A stretch of 63,901 bases of DNA, counting the filler, from Vannella sp. (taxonomy: Eukaryota): assembly GCA_023345925.1 (NCBI GenBank). It is 6 parts of 6 records of this genome, joined end to end, with 100 filler letters (N's around TTAATTAATTAA, not from the genome) between each part and the next. Parts side by side here need not be neighbours in the genome. Positions count along the whole stretch, not along the records: positions 1 to 12,696 come from JAJQQN010001179.1; positions 12,797 to 21,551 come from JAJQQN010000395.1; positions 21,652 to 39,077 come from JAJQQN010000545.1; 3 more parts are not named here. One strand, 5' to 3'. Below are positions 11,843-23,034 of the stretch, one piece after another. The notes beneath the pieces were generated by a model. That model had not been told where the DNA came from, did no database searches, and saw only the letters and a program-made list of their open reading frames with translations. How positions within the stretch are numbered: position 1 is the stretch's first letter; each line of letters starts with the position of its first letter. The translations under genes and the position numbers were made by a program.

Positions 11843-12696
11843 TCAAGAGGGCACTCCAATTCTCTCTGAGTACTTCTTCACCAGGGGTAACAGCGAGGCA
11901 ATCAGTTGCATGTCTGATAGCTGGCTCTTGTCACTTAACAATTGAGGATTGGCGGTTGTGAGATCCTCGAAGCTCGCGGATCGTTCCTGGTACTCTCGCA
12001 GGGCGAAGGGCTTACCGAATTGATGGAAGAATCGTACGTCAATCACTGTAAAGAGCAAGTCGTCCACACGAAGGAAGAATCTTTGCAGGCAGAAGAAGCA
12101 CGCGGGCATTACTCGCAGCTTAACCGTCACTATGGCTGAGCCATTGTCAGCAAGCTCGTCTTCAAAGAGTACCACGTCATCATAGAAGAGAATGGGGTCT
12201 GGCTGCATGAGGAGCGACACTGGAATCTCCTCCTCCGTGACTTGAACGAGATCAGGACGGTTGAGGGTCCCCTTGTAGCGGGTAGTGAAGGTCCAATCGT
12301 AAGCTTGGCGTGTCATCTTCTCAATCTAGTCAGGGTTAGCATCTGAGTGATCTGGGAGGGGAGCTTTGGACCATTTCCCGTCGGTGCTCGCTCCATCCTT
12401 CCGAGTGGGCCACGCTGACCGTGATACCCTGGCAGCTTTTAGCCCAGGCATGGAGGCTCTCTTTGGCATTGAACTCCAGGATAAGTCCGCTGGGAGTGTG
12501 AGTAAAACGGGCAAAGTTGTGGCCAAACACCATCTCCGGCAGTAACGGAGCCGCCAAGTCCTCCTGTAACCTATCACACCCATCAAAAGAGCCCTCCCAC
12601 TTACAAACCACGTACCTCTCCATCTCCTCCGAGGTAAGGATCATCGTTTTGTGAGTTTCCACCTTCCATTGAGCCAGCTCCACCCCAGAAGCCAAC
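11843..12696 (-). CDS. TIPRL: TIP41-like PP2A regulator, probably 5'-truncated at contig end
   Basis: LPEMVFGHN, YDWTFTTRYKG, DPILFYDDVVLFEDELADNG and KLRVMPACFFCLQRFFLRVD are TIP41 signatures. Two introns. Confidence 0.92.
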
Positions 12697-12796
12697 NNNN
12701 NNNNNNNNNNNNNNNNNNNNNNNNNNNNNNNNNNNNNNNNTTAATTAATTAANNNNNNNNNNNNNNNNNNNNNNNNNNNNNNNNNNNNNNNNNNNN
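12697..12796. other. Artificial contig linker (N44-TTAATTAATTAA-N44)
   Basis: An identical 100-nt spacer with a six-frame stop cassette occurs five times in the window. Confidence 0.98.
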
Positions 12797-13499
12797 GGCC
12801 CAGAGCGGTCTTGATGTTGGTGAGCTCCCCCACCTTTCTGACGTATCGCAGAGTTTGGATGGCCAGTTCTCTCGTATGGCAGATGCACACAGCCTGAAGA
12901 GATGTGTTCTTGAGGTCGATGTTGCTCAAGAGTCCAACAGCAATGGCTGCCGTCTTGCCAGATCCAGATGGGGCCTGCGCAACCACAGCGCCCGTACTTC
13001 ATCACTGGTTAGTTAAGTCCTCTTTCTCTGATGATAGTTACTTACTTGCCAGGAAGCATCAAGGGGATAGCGGTCGCTTGGATAGAAGAGGGGCCGTTGT
13101 ATCCTTTGTCGTACAAAGAGGTCAGGAACTCTTGCTGGCTGTACCATAAAATCAGGATAAATCAAACACGCCTAGTGGAGTAAGACCCACTGGAGAGAGA
13201 GGACAAACTCACATGCCCAACTGTTCGAAATCGGTAGGAGGTTTGAACTCTTCACCGTTCAGTAGAACGGTGATCCCCACATCAGGATGTTCACCATCGT
13301 CCTCTTCATCGCTATCCTCCACATCTCCCCAACTCACAAACTCGGGAGTTTCATCCTGGGCTTCCTCCGCCACTTCTTCAACAGTCACAGGAGCTCCATC
13401 GACAACAGTTGAGGGAACTTCAATAACAACAGAGGGAGCAGCCTCAACAACAGTGGGGGAAGCTTCTTCAACAGGGGGAGATGTAGCTGGGTCCGACAT
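12797..13499 (-). CDS. DEAD-box RNA helicase (eIF4A/DDX19-like), N-terminal part, truncated by contig end
   Basis: Spliced exons give the Q motif (FEQLG...GYNGPSSIQATAIP), motif I (AQAPSGSGKT) and motif Ia (HTRELAIQ). Confidence 0.8.
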
Positions 13500-13679
13500 G
13501 AAGAAAAGTGAGTTAAAAGGGATCTGATAAGTTTAAAAAAATTACAAAAATCAATACATGTGCCCATTATAACGGACTTTCCCCTGAGCTCAAGCTCATG
13601 GAGGAACATGCCTCAGTGCAGACATTGAAGGGCTCTTGTGACCACAACAGATTACCAAGAGGTAGGAGGATACCAAGGC

Positions 13680-14417
13680 TCATTTTCTGCGGTGCTCTTG
13701 GAACGCAGGGTACCGATCAGGGCGAGTGGAAAGGCTGGGAGTGTCCTGGTTGGCATGAAGTAGCCGATTGGCCTTCTCTCGTTCGATTTGCTCACGCTTG
13801 AGTCGCTGTTCTCTCAAGGAGAGCAAACGATCCTCTTTGGAGGAACGCTGCTTCCTTCTGTCTTGTCCGTCCCTCGTCCTCTGAATAAGTTCCTGTTTCA
13901 CTGCGCGTAAGGGATCTTGGTCTCTCTTCGACTTCTCTTGCAGCATCTTCTTGCGCTTCTCTCTGCGGTTCTGAGGTTCTTCTGGCTCTTCGCTGGGAAG
14001 AGTTTGGTAGAAGGGCTTTTTGCGCATCCTCTCTGCTGCGCACTCGGCCAAGGCCACAGCACCAACTAGCTTCTGCGCCAGCTCTTCGTTGTGCTTCTTC
14101 GCCTATGAGATCGTTAAGCAATCAACCAACGGGAAAGTCTAGACTCTCACCTTCCGTTGTTCCTTCTCAAATAGCTTTTCTTCCTTCTCAAAGAGATTCA
14201 AGTGCTTCAAAGGAGCCTTTGGAGGTGCCACCTCAGTTTCTACTTCAGCTAGTGGTTCGTGGCCTTGAAGTTGTCGAAACCGGTCATTCCTTTGGCGTTG
14301 CATCTCCTTCTTCTTCTCTTCTTCGATCTTTCGTCGATGTTCTGCTTCATCCCTCTCTACCTTCTCAATGTTATCTCTCTTCCAAACATGCCAGCTCTTG
14401 TGCGGAAGGAGGTTCAT
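13680..14417 (-). CDS. LENG1: LENG1-like protein (Cir_N domain)
   Basis: MNLLPHKSWHVWKRDNIEKVERDEAE, HLNLFE, DQDPL and LREQRLKREQIER match LENG1-type proteins. One intron at ~14100-14150. Confidence 0.75.
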
Positions 14418-14633
14418 GAGGAGAGGAAAGGGTGAAATGCCTCACTTCCAGGCACGACAGCGCCCATCCGTTTCCCAAACCCTCAAAGCTTCCCAAACCC
14501 CCTCCTGGGATCAACTTCTACCCCATTCCCCTCCTGAACTGGACCAAGCATAGCGTGCGTGTCTCTTCATCGTCCAAGAAAGGCCAAGTCGTTGTTCGTG
14601 AGGGAAAGTAGGTTCATTCAAGTGAATGATTCA

Positions 14634-17600
14634 TTAATCATAGTTGTTGTCGAGGTCGACCTGTTGCATGTCTTCGTTGGCAGCGGAATCCATCTGAGCA
14701 AAGTTATTAAAGTGAATGGGCCGGTGAGAGTAATGGTAGAACTCCTTGGGAACGCCCAGCTTCATGCCATACTTGGCAGTGATCTTGTGCTGGACAGGGA
14801 GGAAGTTATAGTTCCAAGATCCAAAGTCAGGCACAATGAAGAAGCCCATGAAACGGTCAGAGAGTAGGAGCTGGGTCTTGTCATAGAAAGTGGGAGAGTA
14901 GCCTTGGTAGGTCTGGTCGGTCCTCTCTTTGTTTTTAACGCCCCAATCAAACCCTCTGGGAGTGACAGTGTATGCAGTGAGACTGCAACTTCCAGGTGTA
15001 AATGCAGAAGTGATGACAACGCACTTTTTGGGGTCCCATGTCTTGTGATTGCTCATGACATGAGATTGGATGATCACATCCTCTGGAGAGAGCTGTGTCA
15101 ACTCTCTCAACTGGGTGTGAATCCAACCAAGAGGCTCGAGGTCTTTGAGCTCAGGACTGTTGGGATCAGGAAGGTTCTCGGGGAGAGTGACAGATTGGTG
15201 AGTGCCTCGTTGGGGAATCATGGCGATACAGCGAATCTCCTTGACTTGAGGGTTATCTGGTGGAGACAAGCCATAGAGGAAGCCTGAGATCTGAGTACGA
15301 AGATCTGCAATGCAAATGAACTGCTTCAGAATGTTCTTTGGAAGGACAAATGTGAATCCAGACTCTTTCACATCATCAGAAGACACGTAGATGTTGTTTG
15401 TGCGAAGGTGAAGGTTCGTTGCTGAGATGGCTCGCACTCTCCAGTCTGTCTTGGAGGAGAAGATAGCTTTCTCGTATTGAGTGGTCGTATTGACAAAGAT
15501 CTCTTCGCCATACACATTGGTTGTCCGTGTGGTCACTGCAGTCAGTTGGCTGGCTTCACGAGCCTGTTGTTTCTCAATGTCTGCAACCTGCTGACGTTGC
15601 TCCGAAGGGGGAGTGATCTCAGCTCCCAGAATAATGTCCCTGATCTCTGTTTGGGTGAGGGAGTTGATGTTCACGCTGTTCTTCTTTCCATAGTCCGCCA
15701 AAATGAGATTCTTTAACTCCACTTCAACATCAATCCACTGCTCGTCCGTCAATGAGGGCCAAATGTGATGGGCCTCCGTGATGACAGTCTTGTCGGGCTT
15801 GAGAATGATCTTTCCGCGCTCATTGTTCACGTGCAACGCTCGTAGGATCAAGATAAGTCGCGAGAAAGCAGTAAAAGGAGAAACTGTACGCAGCCAATCA
15901 TCATACAAGCAGAACAGAACCGTTTTAGGCTCAATCGCCTTGAGAATCAAGTCACCGAACTTCTCAATCTTCAAGCAAGCTTGGAAGGGCAACTGAAGAT
16001 CGCTCCCTTTGATGACAATATTGGGAAAGTCAAGCAAGTGCACCTCAAGAGGGTCAAGCATACCCTTGCGGGTCACAATGATTTGGCGGGGCTGGTCTTC
16101 TACAGGCAATGATCGAATCAAGGCTGCCACTTCTTCTGCTGTCTTCCATTTGGCCAACTGCCCCAGGCGCTTCTGCCCCGCCCATACGGAGGTGTGGATG
16201 ATCTTCAAGTGGAGCTGCCCAGTGCGAGGATTGAAGATGAAAATAGCACCGTTGATGGGTTTGGTGGTGAGATTGCCCTCAAAGGTCTTTCGGATGGTGA
16301 CACGGTAGACGTTTGTGTCGTCCACGAACCATTTGGTCTGATTTGAGAAGAGTTCTCCGTAGTTTTGGGCAGAAAGGTAAGGCTCCGTTGGCTCTGACGA
16401 GTAGAGCTGAAGTCCCTTGCGAATGCGCTCACGCAGAACGTAGAGAGCAGGATTGGCCTTGATAATCTTAGCCATAGCTTGCTGCAGAGTGACTTTGGAC
16501 CCAGGGAACCAGTTTCCATAGGCAGAGTGCACGTTGTAGGCCAGGTCAATGGCGACGAGGACTCCTGTAGGCGAAGGATACATTGACATGGGGTCGGTGG
16601 TGTAATCCATAAACTTAGAGCGCGCATATCGTTCAATGTCATGCGAATCAAAGTCACCCCAGCGAAGCTGAACGTCCAACCAATACTTGTTTGTGGTGTT
16701 GTCAAACTCGTCATTGCCAGTCGTAATCTGAGAGGGTTTGGATACTTGCCACTTGTACGCAGCAAACAGAAGGATGTCCGCGCATGAACTATTCATCTTG
16801 TAGGACTTACGCGGGTGAATCGTCTCTTTCTGAACTGTCGCGACGTCCAGAGAATCGAGCTTCTGGTCGAAGACTTGGCACAGATCCATCACAACGGACT
16901 CGTGAATCTTCTGCCAAAGATGCGCGCGGAAGATCTGAATGAGAGAGATCTTCAAGGTGGGGATCTTTCCGTGCATGAAGATGCCAGTGAGATCCAACTG
17001 CACCTGGAATCCTACGTAGACGTTGGCTCGGTTGATAGTCGGGGACCACCACAAGGTGAATCGGCGGTTAGGAATCTGATTGAGACCAGAGCGCTGGGCA
17101 TTGGTGAGCTTCTTGAACTTCATGGACTCTTCGAAGCCAGAAGCCTTCTCCCAGAAGAGGCCTTCCCACGTGGGGAAGTAGGTTCCTTGGAAGAGTGTGT
17201 GTTCCAGAATGCCTTCCACACCACCCAATGCTTGAATCATGTCGGTTCGATAGTTGTTGAGGGACCAGAGCTTGCCATCGTGACGCTGGTGCGTCCAATA
17301 GAAGGGGTTCATTCGCAGGGACTGGTACTGTTGGAACTCACTACGGACGCGCCAACCCTTATCGTACGCCAAAGTGTGACGATCCTTTTGGAAGAGAGTG
17401 TTGATTCGAGGGATTCCTCGGTCCCAAGAGTCTTCCAAGTCTTCCAGAGTGAGCCGGCGGTTCTCTTCCGCTGCCTTTTTTCGCTTCAGCATGTATTCTG
17501 CCCAGACACGCTTGGAGTCAATGAACTCCTGTTCCCATGGAAGAATGTAGCGGTACAAGTTAGGAATGAGCTGATCGGCATCGTGACTGAGGCCAGAGCG

Positions 17601-20600
17601 ATAATGAGTTGGGCCAATATCAGTCTGGGAGGCGTAGCGCAAGTCAGACTGAGGGATGAGAACATGTCCCATGGAGAGCATGCCAAGGCCACCAAGTTCC
17701 TTTGGAGTGTAGAAGACCACCGGTGGGAAGCGGGAAGGCATCTTGGAGTTGAGGCCAATCTTAATGCGCGTCTGAATCTTGTTCTCACACTTGACTAGCA
17801 GGTCCAGTAGCTCTTGTGTGTGCACTGTTGCTTCGCGGAAGTAAGTCATCAACCCGATAAGGGCGGTGTTCCACTTGTTGGCAATCTTGGTGAAAGTAGT
17901 GGAGCCAGAGGACATCAGAATCTGGCGAATGCGGTTCTCAAACTTGTCCATGGCGTCTTTCTCGACACGCAAGAAGGCCTGAGCGGTACGCTCCTTTGTA
18001 CTATCATTTTGGAGGTTCCACACGCCGTCTTGATGGACAAACTCCTCGTTGAGAGTCCGGATCTTGGGGAGAATGCGGACTTCAAAGCCGCACATACTGA
18101 AGAGAAGATTCGGGTTGTCCTTGCCGTAAACAGACACGAAGCTGTTCTCCCACTCAATGGTGGTGATGGCACGAGGAAGGCGGTTCTTCAAGTTCCAGAA
18201 CACAGCGCGCCCCAAGTTCACGTCGTGCTTCATCAAGCGCATGCGCGAGTCGCGTGGCCAGCACTTCTTGTTGTTGTACCCCACAACGTTCTCATTGTTG
18301 GGATCGGGGTGCTCGGTAAGGTACTGTTGAATGAGCTCCTTGGCGTCTTCGTGGTTGAACCGGTAGAGGATGTGGATTTTGTCAATCGAGCGGGAATAGA
18401 GCCTGACAGGGTGCTTGGTCTCCACGTCCACGCTATGATACGTCAAGAAGTCATTGGGCATGTTGGGAGATCCAGCAATATCGCTGGCACGTGTCAGACC
18501 AAGAAGAAGAAGATCAAGCATCAAGCAATAGTACTGGACAATGAAGGAGGCAAACTGAAGGCCACGGATAAGCCCGTAGGAGTTAGTGTGAATCATGTCC
18601 TTGTAGTTGATTAAGACGTTGTTCTTGGCCGTCATGTAATCAGCAATGTTGTGGTCAACAATGAGGCGCAAGAGTCGATTGAGCAGAGTCAAATCGATCT
18701 TCTCATAAAGCTTCTCCAGCTGTGTTTCGACCATAACCACGCACTCATCATTGGAGGTGTCCCAAATGGAGTCCAGGTTGTTGATTCCCTGACACCACTT
18801 GTACACAAGAAGTGGTGGAGGTTCTGAGTCCGCGGGTTTCACCCAGTTGGGGAAGAGGCGGCGCTTGTCAGACTCATACCAAACGTACTGGTCCAAGTAG
18901 GCATCGGTGATCTTCTCCAGTGGCTGAACATCGTAGACAGGGAAAACGTGGCTGTAAAGGTCCATAAACTCGATGCGGACTTCCTTAAAGCTTCTTTGTG
19001 TGAGCAAATGCCGTTTGATACGGCTCAAAGCCTCATGTGGGTTGTCATAAGCCTGCTCTACCAGCCCAAGCTCCTCTCTTTGTGATTGGTTCAGACGAGC
19101 AGTGACATTATAGGCATCTTTGAGACGTTCCAAAGCCAGAATGAGGAGTTTGGTGTCGTGCTTGTACGATAATGGAGGGAAGGGAATGGGGCGGAATCTT
19201 CGGCTCTCTAACCAGTGGACTGTTGTGGTGTAGATAGCCACTCCCTCTTCGGCACTAACATAAGGACCATCTTTGAGGTAGTTGTGTTGGCGTTCTTGTT
19301 CAGCCTTGAGCCACAGGCGAGTAAGGCGTCCCAAGTTCTTCTTACAAACCGTTTTGTCGACGGTGGCTCCCCGGCGAATACGCTCACGGTTGTAGTGAGC
19401 AACGTTGGTCCAGTAGTCAGCCTTTTGCTTGACGTAACGGATGATCATGTTCTCAATCGGGGCGGGAATGCCAGGCACCTTCCATGGTGTGTTCGACTTC
19501 CAGCAACGCCAAGCCTCGCTCAGATGCTGCAGAATAGTTCTCGATTTGTTAGCTCGAATGCCCTCAGGCATCATATCTAGAATGTCCACCATCACGGTCG
19601 CTCGGAGTTCCAAATCAAAGTTACTCTCCACACGTTGCTTAGTGACGGTCTTTGCCACTCCCTTTGAGTGACGGCCCTCAAAGTTACGCGCCAAAAGGTT
19701 GCCCAAACAGCGCTCAAGCAGAGGGACGATACCACGGAGGAAGAAGAGCCACACGCGCCAACCAGGGGCCCAGAACCCACAGCCAGGTCCTTTTCCAACG
19801 TTGCCTGTGTTGAACCGGTAGTAGATCAAGTGCTTGAGATCCTTGCACATGCGGATCTGGCGCATAAGACGGTACTTGTAGCGGTACATGCCTGTCAGTT
19901 GGCCAATGTGCGAGAAAATGTACTGTAAGCCATCCGCCAGCTGGTAGGCATCAACATTGTTACCAAGGCGGTACTGAACGTGGGAATCGACGATCATCTT
20001 TGTCATCCGCAGGATCTCCCGGCAAAGGTGGAAAGAGTTACCAAAGCGGGACTTCTTGCGCTCTTTGGTCGTCAATGTCTTGACGGGCTTCAGGTTGAAG
20101 TTGTAGTCCAGGTGGAGGTAGTTGAGGTTCTTCCGGTGGATGAGCAAGTTGAGCATGTTGTAGCCCTGGCGGCACACTTGCAGGCCAGCTTCCACCCAAT
20201 CGATGACAGTGGACTGGAAGAACTTGGTGGCCTTGAAAGAGCGGAACAGATACTTCTTGTTCAGGGCCTTGGGAGGGCGGTGGCGGAGCTTGTTCAGGAC
20301 GAAGCACTTGAGGAGTTTCTGATAACTGACGCGCACTTTGGTGGGATGGTCAGAGGGGCAGTGCTCTTGGTACCAGCTCTTGATGAGAGGGACATCCATG
20401 GCACGCCTGGTGCGACCAGAACGTTGGTTGAATGGACGGGGCGCGTGGTACAATGTAATCGCATCCGCAGTGTGGGCGGTGTACAGAGCAAAGGACTCCA
20501 ACAAAGGTGCTACTTGATGCTCTCCAAGGAGCGTAGCAAGCTCCTCGTCTTCTGCCTCCGTGAACTCAGCGTCATCGTTGATCCAGTCGTCCTCCTCCTC

Positions 20601-21551
20601 AAAGACGTCGCGGATGTCGGACTCTCCTTTGTAAGCAGGAATGGGATTCAGGATGGGGTCAAAGTAGAACGCGGGGAGATCAGGGGTGTCTGTCTTGACG
20701 TAAGCCAGAGCGGGGTGATGGTAATGAGCCAAATAGACCTTTCGGGGGCGGTTGTTGTACAAGTAGGGGAAGGCCACGCGGTATTCAGTGCGGATTTGAG
20801 AGCGAATAATGATCTTGTTGATGTCGTTGAACTCGTTCCAGTCCTCGTCTTCCTTCTCGTCCCGGAAGAGCGGCTCAAACTTGGGGCCACCAGGAATAGC
20901 CATGTTGAGGGCCTTGGCGGAGTAGAAGGACGCTAGATCGAACATGTAGTAGTAGTTGGGGTCCACAATGTCACTCAAAAGTTGCTGACCTAATCGATAA
21001 AGGTTGGACATCACGCCAACCGGCAACCGCCAGTTCTTGTAGCTTTCTCCGTTCAGGAACTTGGATTCAAGGAGGGGTTGGTGGTCATAGAACCATTCTG
21101 CAACGGCCGAGTCATCCTCTTCATTGAGTTCCATGTGGATGGCCTCCAGTGGAGGGACGTCCAGGATGTTGTCGCCATAATCAAGAGGGGGCTCTTCATC
21201 ATCGAAGGGAGGGAAGCGCATCCGTTTGAAGTGCTTTCGATCGTGCTTCTCGCGTCTCATCATAATCCACATGGTTCCCCATTGCGCAATGAAGATAGGT
21301 TCCACCACTAGAGGGATCTCATTAACAAAGGTAATAGCTCCAGTGACGTGATAGAGAACCTTAACGTCTCGAATCTGCTCCCAAGGCATGGGCATGTTCT
21401 CCAGAAGCTTCAGAACCGCGTGGGGCATGTACTTAAGAGCACCAAGATAGACACGCTTGTCGCTGCGGAACATTTTGCTGGACATATCGCAGTGGTCCTT
21501 GATGATTATGCGGAGATGCGCGGCAGGAAGGTCCACCGTCTGGGCATCCAC
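14634..21551 (-). CDS. PRPF8: Pre-mRNA splicing factor PRP8, 5'-truncated at contig end
   Basis: A 2305-aa uninterrupted ORF with PRP8 motifs throughout ([66 protein letters not shown]) and a C-terminal Jab1/MPN region. Confidence 0.99.
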   Translation of the reverse strand: MDAQTVDLPAAHLRIIIKDHCDMSSKMFRSDKRVYLGALKYMPHAVLKLLENMPMPWEQIRDVKVLYHVTGAITFVNEIPLVVEPIFIAQWGTMWIMMRREKHDRKHFKRMRFPPFDDEEPPLDYGDNILDVPPLEAIHMELNEEDDSAVAEWFYDHQPLLESKFLNGESYKNWRLPVGVMSNLYRLGQQLLSDIVDPNYYYMFDLASFYSAKALNMAIPGGPKFEPLFRDEKEDEDWNEFNDINKIIIRSQIRTEYRVAFPYLYNNRPRKVYLAHYHHPALAYVKTDTPDLPAFYFDPILNPIPAYKGESDIRDVFEEEDDWINDDAEFTEAEDEELATLLGEHQVAPLLESFALYTAHTADAITLYHAPRPFNQRSGRTRRAMDVPLIKSWYQEHCPSDHPTKVRVSYQKLLKCFVLNKLRHRPPKALNKKYLFRSFKATKFFQSTVIDWVEAGLQVCRQGYNMLNLLIHRKNLNYLHLDYNFNLKPVKTLTTKERKKSRFGNSFHLCREILRMTKMIVDSHVQYRLGNNVDAYQLADGLQYIFSHIGQLTGMYRYKYRLMRQIRMCKDLKHLIYYRFNTGNVGKGPGCGFWAPGWRVWLFFLRGIVPLLERCLGNLLARNFEGRHSKGVAKTVTKQRVESNFDLELRATVMVDILDMMPEGIRANKSRTILQHLSEAWRCWKSNTPWKVPGIPAPIENMIIRYVKQKADYWTNVAHYNRERIRRGATVDKTVCKKNLGRLTRLWLKAEQERQHNYLKDGPYVSAEEGVAIYTTTVHWLESRRFRPIPFPPLSYKHDTKLLILALERLKDAYNVTARLNQSQREELGLVEQAYDNPHEALSRIKRHLLTQRSFKEVRIEFMDLYSHVFPVYDVQPLEKITDAYLDQYVWYESDKRRLFPNWVKPADSEPPPLLVYKWCQGINNLDSIWDTSNDECVVMVETQLEKLYEKIDLTLLNRLLRLIVDHNIADYMTAKNNVLINYKDMIHTNSYGLIRGLQFASFIVQYYCLMLDLLLLGLTRASDIAGSPNMPNDFLTYHSVDVETKHPVRLYSRSIDKIHILYRFNHEDAKELIQQYLTEHPDPNNENVVGYNNKKCWPRDSRMRLMKHDVNLGRAVFWNLKNRLPRAITTIEWENSFVSVYGKDNPNLLFSMCGFEVRILPKIRTLNEEFVHQDGVWNLQNDSTKERTAQAFLRVEKDAMDKFENRIRQILMSSGSTTFTKIANKWNTALIGLMTYFREATVHTQELLDLLVKCENKIQTRIKIGLNSKMPSRFPPVVFYTPKELGGLGMLSMGHVLIPQSDLRYASQTDIGPTHYRSGLSHDADQLIPNLYRYILPWEQEFIDSKRVWAEYMLKRKKAAEENRRLTLEDLEDSWDRGIPRINTLFQKDRHTLAYDKGWRVRSEFQQYQSLRMNPFYWTHQRHDGKLWSLNNYRTDMIQALGGVEGILEHTLFQGTYFPTWEGLFWEKASGFEESMKFKKLTNAQRSGLNQIPNRRFTLWWSPTINRANVYVGFQVQLDLTGIFMHGKIPTLKISLIQIFRAHLWQKIHESVVMDLCQVFDQKLDSLDVATVQKETIHPRKSYKMNSSCADILLFAAYKWQVSKPSQITTGNDEFDNTTNKYWLDVQLRWGDFDSHDIERYARSKFMDYTTDPMSMYPSPTGVLVAIDLAYNVHSAYGNWFPGSKVTLQQAMAKIIKANPALYVLRERIRKGLQLYSSEPTEPYLSAQNYGELFSNQTKWFVDDTNVYRVTIRKTFEGNLTTKPINGAIFIFNPRTGQLHLKIIHTSVWAGQKRLGQLAKWKTAEEVAALIRSLPVEDQPRQIIVTRKGMLDPLEVHLLDFPNIVIKGSDLQLPFQACLKIEKFGDLILKAIEPKTVLFCLYDDWLRTVSPFTAFSRLILILRALHVNNERGKIILKPDKTVITEAHHIWPSLTDEQWIDVEVELKNLILADYGKKNSVNINSLTQTEIRDIILGAEITPPSEQRQQVADIEKQQAREASQLTAVTTRTTNVYGEEIFVNTTTQYEKAIFSSKTDWRVRAISATNLHLRTNNIYVSSDDVKESGFTFVLPKNILKQFICIADLRTQISGFLYGLSPPDNPQVKEIRCIAMIPQRGTHQSVTLPENLPDPNSPELKDLEPLGWIHTQLRELTQLSPEDVIIQSHVMSNHKTWDPKKCVVITSAFTPGSCSLTAYTVTPRGFDWGVKNKERTDQTYQGYSPTFYDKTQLLLSDRFMGFFIVPDFGSWNYNFLPVQHKITAKYGMKLGVPKEFYHYSHRPIHFNNFAQMDSAANEDMQQVDLDNNYD

Positions 21552-21651
21552 NNNNNNNNNNNNNNNNNNNNNNNNNNNNNNNNNNNNNNNNNNNNTTAAT
21601 TAATTAANNNNNNNNNNNNNNNNNNNNNNNNNNNNNNNNNNNNNNNNNNNN
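21552..21651. other. Artificial contig linker
   Basis: N44-TTAATTAATTAA-N44. Confidence 0.98.
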
Positions 21652-21705
21652 CCAAAGCGGGCTTGAGTCTTGATCCGACGCAGCGAGAGCGTGGCCCGCG
21701 TCGGA
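21652..21705. repeat. Dispersed short element, copy A (copy B at 60672)
   Basis: 21652-21686 matches 60672-60706 at 31/35 nt. TCCGACGC (21674-81) and GCGTCGGA (21698-705) form a perfect 8-bp inverted repeat. Confidence 0.6.
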
Positions 21706-21796
21706 CAGCCAAGAAAAAAGGGACTGAAAGGCTCAAGGGGACTGTTAAAAGCAACCTTTCAGTGATCATCATTGTCATCCGCCCATCGAAAGAGGA

Positions 21797-22330
21797 ATGG
21801 CCACCCTTTGGATGAAGCCCGTGTTGGAGGGGGACGTGTCTTTGTTGTGTGCCATGTCCATCAAAACGGCGTCTGATACGTTCGCAAAGGACAACACACC
21901 GAAGAACATGGCCCTGTTTGTGGAAGAGGCCTATTCAGAGGGTCAGCTCCTCAACGAGTTGAGGGAGGAGTCCAATCAGTTTTACTTCGCATTTCGAGAC
22001 GGTTTGGTTGACCCTGTTGGCTACCTGAAGCTGTGTACAAGCTCCAAAGAGCTGTGCGTGACGGGTACTCGCCCAATCGAACTCGCCAGGATCTACGTGG
22101 ACTTGAGTAGCATTGGAACGGGTGTGGGGAGCCACATGATGCAGTTCTCTTTGGACCAGGCTGTTGCTGGTGGTCACGACACAATCTGGCTGGGTGTGTG
22201 GGAGCATAACCCGCGCGCCCTGGCCTTCTACCATCATTGGGGCTTTGAAGAAGTCGGTTCTCACATTTTCCAGTTCGGTGAGGACCCACAGAACGACTTG
22301 ATCTTGCAGAAGAGCCTCGTCCTGTCTTGA
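21797..22330 (+). CDS. PaiA-like GNAT N-acetyltransferase (bacterial type), intronless
   Basis: DTFAKDNT..NM, VGYLKL, IELARIYV, GTGVG and IWLGVWEHNPRALAFYHHWGF..VGSHIFQFGEDPQND are characteristic of bacterial PaiA-family acetyltransferases. Confidence 0.9.
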   Translation: MATLWMKPVLEGDVSLLCAMSIKTASDTFAKDNTPKNMALFVEEAYSEGQLLNELREESNQFYFAFRDGLVDPVGYLKLCTSSKELCVTGTRPIELARIYVDLSSIGTGVGSHMMQFSLDQAVAGGHDTIWLGVWEHNPRALAFYHHWGFEEVGSHIFQFGEDPQNDLILQKSLVLS

Positions 22331-22469
22331 AGAAGGAGTAAATGTGTTCCTTTTGAGGGCAACGTTCCGTTTCTAGTGGATCTTCGTCCTTCCCCACGAG
22401 TGGTGGTTCTGTTGAATGGCATTTATCAACGAAAAGTTGAGGCAGCAGAATGTGAGGGGTTGAAGACAC

Positions 22470-22918
22470 TCAACAGTCAGGACAATCAACGTACCGTTGC
22501 GACAACGGTGCGTTGAGGGATGTGCAGCCAACAACACCCTTAAAATCGCAAGAATCGAGGTAGAAGTGGCACTCCATACATAAGAAGAGGTTCAGAGGGG
22601 TGCCAGAGCTTTGGAAAGAAAAAGCTGTTTGGCTGGTGCTGCAAAAACGTCCTCCTTGCGATACAGGAGAGCATTCTGCCAACTGTCTGTCAGTGAGAGA
22701 GTTAGAGCTGGAGACCCAGACAGAGAGATAGCCATAGAGATTACTGGAAGTCCCGTTGATGTAGGTGCTGAGGCTGTTGATGTTGAAGTCCTCGCAGAAG
22801 CAGAGATACAGTAAGCTGACCTTTTCTTGACTGCAATGTCCCCCACAGTTAGACATCCACCATTCACCAACGCAATGAAAGCAAGCACAACGAGGAACAA
22901 GAACACTCCTCGGGCCAT
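22470..22918 (-). CDS. Small secreted cysteine-rich protein (predicted, one intron)
   Basis: The signal-like MARGVFLFLVVLAFIA can be joined by a 41-nt GTTGGT...CTAAC...CAG intron to a frame with about 10 Cys ending YVDCPDC*. Confidence 0.5.
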
Positions 22919-23034
22919 GGGAATGCAGAAAATGGGAAGCAAACTGGCCTCCAGAAAATCGGATCTTCAATAGCAAACAGTGGCAACTTCTACACCCACG
23001 GGATCATCAGCAGTCCAAGTTGGCGGGAAAGGTA

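Noticed and set aside
12697..12796. Repeated TTAATTAATTAA palindrome flanked by Ns (5 copies)
   Set aside because: Artificial six-frame-stop linker. Gene adjacency across these linkers has no biological meaning.
17120..17160. PRP8 intein at the canonical fungal insertion site
   Set aside because: [10 protein letters not shown] is contiguous and the protein has normal length, so there is no intein.
16815..20936. Long + strand ORFs (327, 266 and 318 aa)
   Set aside because: Antisense shadows of PRP8 caused by codon bias.
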